DNA of 64,000 nucleotides from Gammaproteobacteria bacterium (GCA_965243395.1 CBDEUS010000001.1:1088001-1152000); one strand, 5' to 3'. Shown: positions 9,900 through 23,934, numbered from the stretch's first letter. Notes: generated from the sequence alone by a model not told the origin. Numbers and translations: made by a program.

Positions 9900-10483
9900 T
9901 ACTGTAACTTCTTATTTTTATTGGATGTAAAGAATAATATACTTATCGAACTTAGCAAGCCGCCAATAAAGCCATAAAAATGAGCTTGCACAATCACTGG
10001 ACCTCCCGCTGTTTGTTCACTTCCTGGTATGGGACCCATCCAAGCCTCCCAAACTAATTTAGCCAATAACACAACAAACAACACTAAGTTTAATAAATGC
10101 TTATGAGTAATAAAGTCAAGTAACAGTAAGACGACCACAAGACCATGTAAGGTGCCGGATAAACCTACATACCAATAAATTTGTGGGCTAAAGAGCCAAA
10201 TGCCCATGGTGACAGTTATGCAACTTATGAGAAAAACCAGTATCCATCCTGTTATTTTCAACACGTCCGGGAAAAGGATAAAAATTGCAACCATAGCCAC
10301 TGCGTTCATCGCAAAATGACGCCAATTTAAATGTACCAAGTTTCCTGTAATAAAACGCCACCACTGTCCAGCCTCTATATCTGCCCTTGCGAATTGAAAC
10401 CAATCTATTCCTGACTTCAGGCTAAATTGGGCGAATATACATAAAACCAATACTGTAAGGATAAAATAGCTGTTTTTATTCAT
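9899..10483 (-). CDS. Rhombosortase (rhomboid-family GlyGly-CTERM processing protease)
   Basis: GQWWRFITGNLVHLNWRHFAMN, YVGLSGTLHG, AHFYG. Confidence 0.85.
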   Translation of the reverse strand: MNKNSYFILTVLVLCIFAQFSLKSGIDWFQFARADIEAGQWWRFITGNLVHLNWRHFAMNAVAMVAIFILFPDVLKITGWILVFLISCITVTMGIWLFSPQIYWYVGLSGTLHGLVVVLLLLDFITHKHLLNLVLFVVLLAKLVWEAWMGPIPGSEQTAGGPVIVQAHFYGFIGGLLSSISILFFTSNKNKKLQ

Positions 10484-10600
10484 GAGGTTACAATAAATAT
10501 CTAATTTAATTTATCAGAAATAAAGTTGTCTAAAAACAGCATTTTTAATTCGCGGGTTACACTACTAAACTGCAAACAGGACTAAATAACAAGGATACCT

Positions 10601-11095
10601 TTGAATAAACGAAACTTTTTAATCGTGGCAGGCGGATTCACAATATTTACTCTGTTACAAGTTGGCTCCAAGCACAATAAAGTAGCCATTAAAGCCGCAC
10701 CTGATATCACTAAATTAAACTATGATAACCAATATTGGCGGAATAAATTGAGCGAAGCCGAGTATGCCATCTTGCGTACAGGCGCCACCGAACCACGATA
10801 TTCCAGCAAGCTTACGAATTTTTATGAAAATGGCACATACTCTTGCGTTGCCTGTGGTCTAGAACTATTTCATTCTGATATGAAATATGACAGCAACACT
10901 GGCTGGCCTAGTTTTAATGACCATATTCATGGTCATTTTGAAACCTATACGGACTTAAAAGGAATTTGGCCAAGGACAGGTTATCGCTGTGCCCGATGTG
11001 GCGGTCACCATGGCCATCTAATTATGGATGGACCATTACCCACAGGACAACGCTGGTGCAATAATGGACAGGTTCTTACGTTCAAACCTGCTTAA
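10601..11095 (+). CDS. msrB: Methionine-R-sulfoxide reductase with N-terminal export signal
   Basis: ILRTGATE, CVAC, KYDSNTGWPSF, CARCGGHHGH, GQRWCNN. Confidence 0.9.
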   Translation: MNKRNFLIVAGGFTIFTLLQVGSKHNKVAIKAAPDITKLNYDNQYWRNKLSEAEYAILRTGATEPRYSSKLTNFYENGTYSCVACGLELFHSDMKYDSNTGWPSFNDHIHGHFETYTDLKGIWPRTGYRCARCGGHHGHLIMDGPLPTGQRWCNNGQVLTFKPA

Positions 11096-11144
11096 ATTCC
11101 CAATACAAAAGATTCTTCGCTCTTATAAAACTTAAATAATGTAA

Positions 11145-11501
11145 ATGAATAACGAAAAAGATAAATTTAATTTAAACGACCCAGCACCTATTCCTGCATT
11201 AAATGAAGAATTAGATGAATTTCTTCAACATAGTCTGCATGAAACCCTGGCAGAATTTACTACCCAAGCTCAAATATATTTTCCACAAATATTAGATGAT
11301 GAACGCGACCAAGCCGCTGCAAAAATTCATTTAGATAATTTACAAGAACAAATCAGTCGTTCAAGCAAGGATTCAGAGAAAGTTGTTTCCGCGTTAACAG
11401 CTTTATCAAAAATTGGCGACAAAAAACAAGACGATATGATGGCCTGTGCCTTACTGGATTATATTGATGAAATTCTGGAATTAGTAAATGCCGAGAAATA
11501 G
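11145..11501 (+). CDS. Hypothetical acidic helical protein
   Basis: 118-aa ORF filling the gap between msrB and fadA; no motif recognised. Confidence 0.6.
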   Translation: MNNEKDKFNLNDPAPIPALNEELDEFLQHSLHETLAEFTTQAQIYFPQILDDERDQAAAKIHLDNLQEQISRSSKDSEKVVSALTALSKIGDKKQDDMMACALLDYIDEILELVNAEK

Positions 11502-11529
11502 TCTTCTATTTATGAATGATGCCTTACTT

Positions 11530-14881
<3,352 letters not shown>

Positions 14882-15356
14882 AGTAGAAATTTCACAATGA
14901 ATAATGTCATGGAGCGAAAAGAGGTAATTATTTATATTTAGTTATAGTTATGAGCTTATTTTACTAATATGTTAGCTAAATGCATATATAAAAAAACAAG
15001 TTGTACAGCATAAAAGCTAAAAACATACCGTCATTACACTCGAGCAAGCCAATATGATTATCAAAGCAGCAAATTAAGATAGACAAAGACGTAAACAATC
15101 ACCATAAACTGTGGTTGTGCTTGATAGAGGCAGAAATAAACGCTCTTTCTAGAGCCAATAACTACAATTTCACGCGGTCACAAATTGCGATGACAAATGT
15201 TTGGGAAAACGTTGGTTGAATTGAAGTTATAAGCGACTTATCAGATAAGCATGAACAATGCGCAGTATCGGGCATACTAACCCTGGGTTAGTTACTAACC
15301 CATGAAATTAAATTAAAAAAATAAATTTAAATCGAATAGACGAAAATCTGACAAAA

Positions 15357-15599
15357 TCAGTCAGTATTTTTTTCGTCTTGAATATATTCTGAAATATCGT
15401 CTATATCGACAAAGTTATTGCGACGATCTTTCTGAGCACGCCGATCTTGGGCAACCAACTCGCCATTGTTATCAGTCAGAGGAAATTCTTTAGCCTCTAA
15501 ATGACGACGATCGTTTCCTTTACGAGTGTCTTCTGTGGTCTGGATATTCTCAAATTCATCTACAATCGTGTTGATCGCAGTATCAAAGTAGTCATTCAT
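15357..15599 (-). CDS. Small hypothetical protein with repeated RxxxDRR motifs
   Basis: RKGNDRR...FPLTDNNGELVAQDRRAQKDRR. Confidence 0.7.
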   Translation of the reverse strand: MNDYFDTAINTIVDEFENIQTTEDTRKGNDRRHLEAKEFPLTDNNGELVAQDRRAQKDRRNNFVDIDDISEYIQDEKNTD

Positions 15600-15924
15600 A
15601 TTACTTTGCCCATCCGTGTTTGATTGATAAATAATCTCACAATTTATGTAATGAAATTGAGCAATAGCTCAGATAATTAATGATAATTACTTCAAAAAAT
15701 CCGTCTCCTTTAAGTCGAACTGCAATATAATTGAATTAATCAACTAAATTACTATGTATAGCTAAATAGATTTGAATCAAACAAGCATACTAATAGGACT
15801 ATTAAGAGATTCGACTGGCTCGGATATCGATTTCATACTGTAATTTAACGAGAATAAAAAGTGACGTAGATACATTACGATCACTAAAAAAACTACCTTA
15901 TAGACAATCTTTCAGGAGATAAAA

Positions 15925-17112
15925 ATGATCAAGCCACATGGATCGGACGCTTTGACGCCTTTATATGTAGAAGATGAAGCACTTCGTAAAGAATTAGAAA
16001 AAGAAGCTGAAGGATTGCCATCCATAGTCGTGAACTCTGCAGCTGCCTCTAATGCAGTGATGCTGGGTGCAGGATACTTCACCCCACTAAAGGGGTTTAT
16101 GACAGCTACCGATGCAATTTCAGTAGCTAACAACATGCAAACTAGTGAGGGATTATTCTGGCCTACTCCTGTACTCAATTTAGTGCAAGACCAAAGTGTG
16201 ATTGGCGATGCTAAACGCATTGCATTACGTGACCCCAATGTTGAGGGTAACCCTGTATTGGCAATTCAAGATATTGAATCCATCGAAGTGCTAACCGATG
16301 AACAAGTTAACAACATTACCGAAAAAGTTTATCGCACAACGGATCCTGAACACATAGGTGCGGCAACCTTTATGTCTTTAGGTAAAACTGCTCTTTCCGG
16401 ACCAATTCAGGTCTTAAACTACAGTTACTTTAGTGAAGAGTTTAAAGGTACGTTTAAAACTGCCGGTGAAATTCGTAAAGAAATTGCGGAACGCGGATGG
16501 AACACTGTTGTTGGTTTCCAAACACGTAACCCAATGCACCGAGCACATGAAGAACTTTGCAAAATGGCACAAGAAGCTGTCAATGCAGATGGTGTGTTAA
16601 TACACATGTTGTTAGGAAAATTAAAAAAGGGAGATATCCCTGCACCCATACGTGATGCAGCTATTCGTAAAATGGTAGAAGTATACTTTCCACCTAATAG
16701 CGTTATGGTTACGGGTTATGGTTTTGACATGTTGTATGCTGGCCCACGCGAAGGTGTGTTACACGCAGTGTTTAGACAAAATTGTGGATGCACACATTTT
16801 ATTATTGGTCGTGATCACGCTGGTGTGGGTGATTACTATGGTGCATTTGATGCACAAACCATATTTGATGATGAAGTTCCTGCCGATGCTTTAGAAATTG
16901 AAATTTTCCGTGCTGACCATACTGCATACTCTAAAAAATTAAATAAAGTTGTCATGATGCGTGATGCCCCGGATCATGAAAAAGAAGACTTTGTACTTCT
17001 TTCTGGTACAAAAGTTCGTGCAATGCTCGCTGCTGGAGAAGATCTTCCTAAAGAATTTGCTAGACCTGAAGTTGCTAAGATTTTAATGGAGTACTATCAA
17101 AGCATTAATTGA
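15925..17112 (+). CDS. sat: Sulfate adenylyltransferase (homo-oligomeric Sat)
   Basis: MIKPHG, FQTRNPMHRAHE, MLYAGPRE, IGRDHAGVG, LSGTKVR; RBS AGGAG. Confidence 0.96.
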   Translation: MIKPHGSDALTPLYVEDEALRKELEKEAEGLPSIVVNSAAASNAVMLGAGYFTPLKGFMTATDAISVANNMQTSEGLFWPTPVLNLVQDQSVIGDAKRIALRDPNVEGNPVLAIQDIESIEVLTDEQVNNITEKVYRTTDPEHIGAATFMSLGKTALSGPIQVLNYSYFSEEFKGTFKTAGEIRKEIAERGWNTVVGFQTRNPMHRAHEELCKMAQEAVNADGVLIHMLLGKLKKGDIPAPIRDAAIRKMVEVYFPPNSVMVTGYGFDMLYAGPREGVLHAVFRQNCGCTHFIIGRDHAGVGDYYGAFDAQTIFDDEVPADALEIEIFRADHTAYSKKLNKVVMMRDAPDHEKEDFVLLSGTKVRAMLAAGEDLPKEFARPEVAKILMEYYQSIN

Positions 17113-17127
17113 TTTGGTGAGCACAAT

Positions 17128-17892
17128 TTAAATATCAATTTCGATTGAGCTTGCCACGCGTTCTTGCACTCGGCTGATAATTTCAGGATCTTCAGAAAAG
17201 ATCACGAAGCTGCCTTTTTGATTGCTAAGTAGAACGCCTTTGAATTTGTCATCACCAATTTTTTCGCGCTCGGGCATTTTCTTCCAGGGAATATACATAA
17301 CCGTTACCGGCTGTCCATTTTCTGATAATACAAAATGTGGTGCTTTTTTATCATCGATAGGGCAATTACTTGCGTAACGAATATGCCCGATACTTTCACT
17401 CACTTTTACACCATGTGGCGCAAGCATTTCATTGAATGAAGCTAGCTTAATATTTTTATCTTTGATCAATGCATCCTTATGCTCATATAAGTGAGCAAGA
17501 ATCTGTTGTTCCAACCCTTGCGATTCACCAAACTTAAACATACCCAGTGATAAACCAACCGCTAATACTAAAGCAGCGGCTATCGACATCCATCTATAAT
17601 CACGTTGCGGTTTATTTTCAGATTTTTTAAAAGCGACTACATTGTCATTTTGCTGCACAACATCAGCTTCTGCATACTCACCACTCAATCTTTGTGCGAG
17701 TATGATTCTAGACTCCAAGCCTTCTGGCACATCAATGTGTATCGCAGATTTAAGTTTGTCATCAAACTGCTTGAGCTTTTGAGAAAGCTCAGAATACTCT
17801 TCACTAGCAGCAACTTCCTTTAATACATCCGGATCACGTGTATTCGGGTCACTTATGAGTACTTGTTTGATTGTTAAACTGTCTTTTTCCAT
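17128..17892 (-). CDS. DUF3379-like membrane anti-sigma factor
   Basis: DVPEGLESRIILAQ, one TM helix, HLYEH; directly downstream of an ECF sigma. Confidence 0.72.
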   Translation of the reverse strand: MEKDSLTIKQVLISDPNTRDPDVLKEVAASEEYSELSQKLKQFDDKLKSAIHIDVPEGLESRIILAQRLSGEYAEADVVQQNDNVVAFKKSENKPQRDYRWMSIAAALVLAVGLSLGMFKFGESQGLEQQILAHLYEHKDALIKDKNIKLASFNEMLAPHGVKVSESIGHIRYASNCPIDDKKAPHFVLSENGQPVTVMYIPWKKMPEREKIGDDKFKGVLLSNQKGSFVIFSEDPEIISRVQERVASSIEIDI

Positions 17893-17913
17893 TCTTGCAA
17901 ATTTTTTAAAAAA

Positions 17914-18477
17914 TTAAATTTCAGTCACTTTATCTTGATTATCTAGTTCAAGGTCTGGTCCATCGTCTTCCAATATTGCACGTAATTTTTTTCGTGCACG
18001 AAATAATCGAGTCATCACTGCACCAGATTTAATCCCAATAATTTCTCCTATCTCATCACAGCTGTAACCGCCTATTACTTGTAACAGTAATGGCTCTAAA
18101 TATTCTTCCGGTAAATCTTTTAAACTTTTACGCAAAGCAATGACCTCTGCTTTAGCAAAACTGTCATCAATTTGTGCAAATTGATCTACATTTACATCAT
18201 CAATGGGTGTGGTATCTGGCCTTATCTTTTCAAAACGCCTAGCATTTTCACGGCGATATATCGTAAATAGCCAACTTTTTACTGCGTTAGGATCCTTTAG
18301 TGAATCCATCGCTTTCCAAGCTCTTAAAAATGTCTCTTGAACTAAGTCTTCAGAAACTTGTGCATCCTTGGTTAACCACAAACCATAACGGTAAAGATCC
18401 TTCGAGTAGGCATTTACCATTGCCTCGAACTGCGAAGTTCTTTTAGCGTCACTATATAGACCAGAGGTTGCCATCAA
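17914..18477 (-). CDS. ECF RNA polymerase sigma factor
   Basis: EDLVQETFLRAWK, KSWLFTI (region 2); GYSCDEIG...GAVMTRLFRARKKL (region 4). Confidence 0.92.
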   Translation of the reverse strand: MMATSGLYSDAKRTSQFEAMVNAYSKDLYRYGLWLTKDAQVSEDLVQETFLRAWKAMDSLKDPNAVKSWLFTIYRRENARRFEKIRPDTTPIDDVNVDQFAQIDDSFAKAEVIALRKSLKDLPEEYLEPLLLQVIGGYSCDEIGEIIGIKSGAVMTRLFRARKKLRAILEDDGPDLELDNQDKVTEI

Positions 18478-18547
18478 TCCTTACAATCGGTAGGTATAAT
18501 TATTAGTTAGAAATTGAGATTAAGATATTTATATATATTACTGATAT

Positions 18548-19432
18548 CTATCGCTTTTTACTATTGTCTTCGTTTTCAACAAGCAAGCCTGGATCAATAC
18601 GCTGTGTGTGCCAGTTCATGCGCCAATCTAAATGCGCACCCGTTACTCTACCGGTTGCACCGACAAGTGCAATGGTCTCCCCTTGCTGAACTCGGTCTCC
18701 CACTTGAACCAGCACTTTATCAAGATGCAAAAAGGACGAAGATAAACGGTGGCCATGGTCTAAAACCACAGTCCAGCCTGAAAAATACATATCATCAACA
18801 TAGCTTACAACTCCGGCTGCAGGAGCAACTACGGACGTTCCGACAGGAGCTGCCACATCGATTCCATAGTGTGGCTGTCGAGGTTGACCATTTAGGATTC
18901 GCTGACTTCCATAAACGCCTGTGATCGGTCCTTTAGTCGGCCAAATAAACTTCTGTTTAAAATCAAGTCGGCCTTCATCCATGTTCCGTGCTAAACGAAT
19001 TTCTCTTTGTTCTTGTTTAATTCTGACCAGTGTATCTGCATCAGGGTTCACTTGAGCATTAGGTAATCCATCTATACGCTGTATTTTGTACTCTCGCTGA
19101 GCAATCTTCAGTTCATGCTGCTTTGATGAGCCATTACTATAAATAAATTTTAAAATAGCACGTGAAGGATAATCACGCCCAAAACCTATAATAAAATCAC
19201 CACTTTTAGAAACTCGCACCTCATAATCATTAACGATTACTTTTGCACCAGGAGTAACTTGTCCATAGACCAAACCGCCCTGAATAAAATCACCATTTAG
19301 TTTAAACGTATTATCTGCAGCCATAACATTACAAGCCACGGATAAACTAATTATGATAGATAAAAAAATATTACTAAAAAACATAGCTGCGGATGAATTT
19401 GACCGCAGCAATTTTGCCATATGGCCCTGCAA
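18548..19432 (-). CDS. M23-family metallopeptidase (start uncertain)
   Basis: PHYGIDVA (HxxxD), HLD, TGAHLDW; signal-peptide-like N-terminus. Confidence 0.9.
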   Translation of the reverse strand: MQGHMAKLLRSNSSAAMFFSNIFLSIIISLSVACNVMAADNTFKLNGDFIQGGLVYGQVTPGAKVIVNDYEVRVSKSGDFIIGFGRDYPSRAILKFIYSNGSSKQHELKIAQREYKIQRIDGLPNAQVNPDADTLVRIKQEQREIRLARNMDEGRLDFKQKFIWPTKGPITGVYGSQRILNGQPRQPHYGIDVAAPVGTSVVAPAAGVVSYVDDMYFSGWTVVLDHGHRLSSSFLHLDKVLVQVGDRVQQGETIALVGATGRVTGAHLDWRMNWHTQRIDPGLLVENEDNSKKR

Positions 19433-19548
19433 CTAGGAAATAGTGGCTATCAAAGGTGAAAGCGTGATTAGCAGGTAATAGAAACTTAGAATGGTTTAAA
19501 TTAAATAAAGAAATCTAAGCGAATCAAGACAACACTTACGGAGATACT

Positions 19549-19782
19549 CTAGTTATTATTCTGCTTCGAGATTTTTTCCGCAATCCGATCACGGAGTATC
19601 TGAGTATCAATTCTGGGATTGTGTTCTGCTTTAGGTTTTCGAGCGTCTATATCTTCTTTCATCCACAAATGATCTACATCTCCAACAATTTGGTTATTAG
19701 CTTCCAAATTTTTATTCGTAGACGCCGCAGTTTTTGCTGATTTCTTTCCGGTAAGCTTGTCTAAAAATGATTTTTTTTCCAT
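19549..19782 (-). CDS. Small hypothetical protein
   Basis: 77-aa ORF with GGGGA upstream; no motif recognised. Confidence 0.55.
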   Translation of the reverse strand: MEKKSFLDKLTGKKSAKTAASTNKNLEANNQIVGDVDHLWMKEDIDARKPKAEHNPRIDTQILRDRIAEKISKQNNN

Positions 19783-20143
19783 CTCAATTCGTCCCCATAA
19801 TATATATCTATGACTCGATTTTACTAGAACTAATGCAATAATAAGCAGCCATTAATCACATATTCAGCATCCCTTATCAGCGAAAATCAATCAAATCTGA
19901 AGTTATCAAACGAGTTCTAGATCCAGTGTTCATAAATAATATTATGAATGAAAAATCAATAATTTAATTTACGTGTCACCCATATTTTGACTTTCATTTA
20001 TTCTTATCAGTAAAAAATATTTAATTTGAACTTAATGGAACAACTTCTATAATTCAATAAATGCAAATTGCATCGATTAAACTAAAGAAAATCAGAGAAT
20101 ATAATAACCATAATCTTTACCCCAGTTATAGGAGGTATTTAAA

Positions 20144-20329
20144 ATGATCGAAAATGTTGGTGAAACAGATCGAATGTTAAGAATTCTTGTTGGACTATTA
20201 CTGATTGGCTTAGCACTCGCCTTTGGTGGTGCTTGGTGGATCGGATTAGTTGGAATCATACCCGTATTTACAGGAGTTACGGGCTGGTGCCCAGGCTATC
20301 TTCCTTTTGGAATTTCAACCTGTAATTGA
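20144..20329 (+). CDS. DUF2892/YgaP-like small membrane protein
   Basis: NVGETDRMLRILVG...GWCPGYLPFGISTC; RBS AGGAGG. Confidence 0.88.
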   Translation: MIENVGETDRMLRILVGLLLIGLALAFGGAWWIGLVGIIPVFTGVTGWCPGYLPFGISTCN

Positions 20330-20436
20330 CAGCGTTAGTCAATTTAATTTAACAAATCGCTCAAAAAAATCCGAGAATATATTCCTGAGACTATATAGTT
20401 TCAGCCTGAATTAATATAAGCAAAGTACAGGGAAGA

Positions 20437-21000
20437 ATGGCTTTAAATACTGAAGAATTCCGCGACTACCTTGAGAGCGAGTACCCAATCGATGTTTTGA
20501 GCATTTTCATCGATCGCATTGGTATACGTATTCAGTATCGTGAACAACTTGGTGATGGCCAAATAGACCGACAACTTCGCAAAGCTCATATCAAAGAATC
20601 TGCAGAAACTTTTATTAAAAAAGCAGCCTATATGGATGCTCAGTTAGACCGTAATAGTGAAATGATGATGCAATTAAGTACAGGCAGTGTAGACATAACA
20701 GTTCAACGCGTGAGTAACAAATCTGAATTAAACACGAGCAGTGAATATCGATTACGTCAAGATACAATCCGCAGTACTGAAGAACAATATATATTCGCTA
20801 CAAAATACTATCCATTAGTATGTAAAGACGAGGCAGATATTACAGCGCAGACATTGAGAGAACATGTATGTGGCGATGATGAAAAAAAATATATATTAGA
20901 GGTTCAACTATTAAACACTTCCGAACATTACTCCTCGATCGCAAGATTTCATACGGCCGAGTCTTATTCTACAATTATGGAACTTGAAACATTAGGCTGA
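20437..21000 (+). CDS. Hypothetical protein
   Basis: 187-aa ORF with AGGGA upstream; no motif recognised. Confidence 0.6.
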   Translation: MALNTEEFRDYLESEYPIDVLSIFIDRIGIRIQYREQLGDGQIDRQLRKAHIKESAETFIKKAAYMDAQLDRNSEMMMQLSTGSVDITVQRVSNKSELNTSSEYRLRQDTIRSTEEQYIFATKYYPLVCKDEADITAQTLREHVCGDDEKKYILEVQLLNTSEHYSSIARFHTAESYSTIMELETLG

Positions 21001-21027
21001 CGATTTATACGTTAGCTTTTTTTGCAA

Positions 21028-23934
21028 TTATCCTCCACCCGCTGCAAAAATCTTGCGCATTTTTGGCGTAATAACCTTAAACTGTGAAGATTCAAAAAAT
21101 TCTAGTATGGGTTCTGGTCTACCTGCATGGAAACCTTGCGCAAAATCCACACCGATTTCTTTTAATGTTTTTAGGATTTCTTCATTTTCAACATATTCAG
21201 CAATAGTCTGCTTTCCAAGTACATGGCCCATATCATTTATAGCTTTAACCATTGCACGACTTACATCATCATGGTGAATATCTTTGACAAACATTCCGTC
21301 AATTTTTAGAAAATCAACAGGAAGTGTTTTTAGATATGCGAATGAAGAAAGTCCTGCGCCAAAATCATCCAGCGCGAAATAACAACCTAATTCTTTAAGT
21401 TTCTGCACAAATGAAGTCGCTTGATCTAAATTGGCAATAGCGGCTGTCTCGGTAATCTCAAAACATATTTTACTAGGCTCAATCTGGTATTCTTTCAGCT
21501 TGGCCATAATAAAAGGTAGAAAACCTTCAGATACTAAAGATTGACCTGAAAGATTTATGGAACACTTATCAATTTGTGATAACACATCCCTATTATCAGA
21601 TAATTGCAATAACACCTTATCCAATATCCATCGATCAAGCTTGGGCGCACGATTGTAACGTTCAACAGCGGGTAAAAATGCATTTGGCGGGACTAACCTT
21701 CCATTGTCATCTTCCATTCTAATTAAAATTTCAAATCCATTTTTATCTACTTCAACATCTTTATTAGCCTTAATATTTATTATGGATTGTGCAGTAACTA
21801 CTAAACGTCCTTCATTTAAGGCTTTATCAAAGCGTTGTAACCAACGTTCTTGACCTCTTCGACGATTAATATTTTCATCGCCTTCTCTGAATACACGCAC
21901 ACAGTTTCGACCTGACTCTTTTGCTAAATAACATGCGCTATCTACTGCAGATAAGGCATAAGATAGGTCAAAACATTTTTGATTAACTTCGGCAACACCG
22001 ATACTTGCCTCTACATTGAAACTTTTTTGCTCCCAAATAAATTTATATTCTTGAATAGATTTTAAGATTTCATGTGCTTTCTCTTCTGCTTGATCCAATG
22101 AACACTCAGGTAACAACAATGCAAATTCATCACCACCCAAACGCGCCAGGATATCGCTACCTCTTAATTTACTTTTCACCAAGTTACTAAATTGAATTAA
22201 TAGTTCATCACCCGCGGCATGTCCATACAAATCATTCACCATTTTAAAACGGTCAAGATCCAAATATATCAACGAACTTTTCTTGTGCTTGGTTTTAGCA
22301 TTGAGAATGGCTTTACGTACATTGCGCTCGAACTCTGATCGATTAATCAAATTCGTCAACGAATCATGGCTTGCCTGATAACGCAAACGTCTTGCTAATA
22401 ACCGCAAATTGGTAACATCGTTCATCACGGTTACTGCACCATATAACTTGCCTGATTGTGAAATTAATGGTGTCACCATCAACTGCACTGTGTACTTAGT
22501 TCCTGTTTTAGTTACGATATCTGCATTCAATTTTTGATTTTTCTTCTGATTGCCCGATAAACAGGAAAGAATCGGATTTTCTATTTTTTCATCTGATTCT
22601 TCTTCATAAAGATCAATAACATTTTCAATATGCTTGCCACGCGCATGTTCTTCCGAACAATTTAAAAATCTTGCCGCTGCCTGATTTATATATTGAACTT
22701 CACCACGTTCATTTGTTGTTATTACAGCATCTACAATCGATCGTAATGTTGCTACAACTTTATCTTTTTCTTCTGCTAGTTGGACCTGCGACTGTTTTTG
22801 TAGATGAATATCACTAATTGATCCAACAACTTTTTTTGCATTACCGGTATAGTCATAATCAGCTGTTCCTCGGATAACGAACCATCGATAGCCTTTTTGC
22901 TTTACAGCAATACGCGCCTCAACAATAAACTGCTTGCCTTTATCATTGATTAATCTTGCCCATGCATTTGCAAATATTTCACGATCTTCCGGGTGTATTA
23001 AACGCTGTAATTGAGATAGCCCTATTTTACTCTCATCAACTTTTAGCCCAAGCAATTCATACATGGGTTGAGACCACCATTCAGAACCCTCCAAGCCTGC
23101 TTGCCATTCCCAAATCCCTTCTTGTGCACCTTGAATAACATTTTGAAATTTATTCTCGCTCTCGAGCAATGCAGCTTCAGTTTGTGACCCCGTGGTGTAA
23201 TCTGTAAATGTCCAGATAAGAAACGAGCCTTCCAATTTTCGAATTAGTTTGATATTAACTTGCAGCGACTTTTCATCTTTGTCCCAGCGACTGTTATTTG
23301 TCCCACGTGCGGAAACCTTAAGGTCTCTAACAAATCCCTGCTCAATAAGTAACTGGTTAATTTTTTTAATTGTATTAGCATTGGTAAATACATCACGAAG
23401 TTTAGTTTGATATTCATTACCAGGAGTAATATTCAAAACACGGCATGCTAATTGATTTATGTATTTAATCTGATCACTGTTATTTTCGGTTACACAAACT
23501 GCAACTGGAATAGAATCAATAAAATTAGACCAACCTTCAATAGTTACTAGACTTTTATCAATATCACTTTGTTTGGTTTGGGTATACTTAATACTTTCAA
23601 TTCGTATTGTTTTACTTCTTTGATCCAAATAGTACTTCCATTCAAAATCAAAGCCGTAAATATGATTTGCAGAGACCACAACATCTCCACTATGAAGAGC
23701 ACGACTTACTAGCTCAAAATGATCATCAGGTAATAGACGGTTAACTTTTGGAGCATTTACAGATTTTGCTAAATCTCTGGCTGCTTTATTTGCATCAACG
23801 ATTCTTCCATCAAAGCGACACATCAACTCGATAGGCACTACTCCTTCTGCCCTACTCGAAGACAAATTTGATGTGGACTTTTTAATGCCACCTAGCTTTG
23901 ATACTTTAATTGACACGGCTATATCTAGGACCAT
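21028..23934 (-). CDS. Cytoplasmic multi-PAS GGDEF-EAL protein
   Basis: PAS signatures (IHPEDRE, DAVITTN..G.V.YIN), ARLGGDEF, FEILIRM, DDFGAG, KIDG. Confidence 0.92.
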   Translation of the reverse strand: MVLDIAVSIKVSKLGGIKKSTSNLSSSRAEGVVPIELMCRFDGRIVDANKAARDLAKSVNAPKVNRLLPDDHFELVSRALHSGDVVVSANHIYGFDFEWKYYLDQRSKTIRIESIKYTQTKQSDIDKSLVTIEGWSNFIDSIPVAVCVTENNSDQIKYINQLACRVLNITPGNEYQTKLRDVFTNANTIKKINQLLIEQGFVRDLKVSARGTNNSRWDKDEKSLQVNIKLIRKLEGSFLIWTFTDYTTGSQTEAALLESENKFQNVIQGAQEGIWEWQAGLEGSEWWSQPMYELLGLKVDESKIGLSQLQRLIHPEDREIFANAWARLINDKGKQFIVEARIAVKQKGYRWFVIRGTADYDYTGNAKKVVGSISDIHLQKQSQVQLAEEKDKVVATLRSIVDAVITTNERGEVQYINQAAARFLNCSEEHARGKHIENVIDLYEEESDEKIENPILSCLSGNQKKNQKLNADIVTKTGTKYTVQLMVTPLISQSGKLYGAVTVMNDVTNLRLLARRLRYQASHDSLTNLINRSEFERNVRKAILNAKTKHKKSSLIYLDLDRFKMVNDLYGHAAGDELLIQFSNLVKSKLRGSDILARLGGDEFALLLPECSLDQAEEKAHEILKSIQEYKFIWEQKSFNVEASIGVAEVNQKCFDLSYALSAVDSACYLAKESGRNCVRVFREGDENINRRRGQERWLQRFDKALNEGRLVVTAQSIINIKANKDVEVDKNGFEILIRMEDDNGRLVPPNAFLPAVERYNRAPKLDRWILDKVLLQLSDNRDVLSQIDKCSINLSGQSLVSEGFLPFIMAKLKEYQIEPSKICFEITETAAIANLDQATSFVQKLKELGCYFALDDFGAGLSSFAYLKTLPVDFLKIDGMFVKDIHHDDVSRAMVKAINDMGHVLGKQTIAEYVENEEILKTLKEIGVDFAQGFHAGRPEPILEFFESSQFKVITPKMRKIFAAGGG

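Noticed and set aside
21028-21045. C-terminal AAGGG of the GGDEF-EAL protein as a GlyGly-CTERM signal
   Set aside because: No following TM helix or basic tail, and the protein is cytoplasmic.
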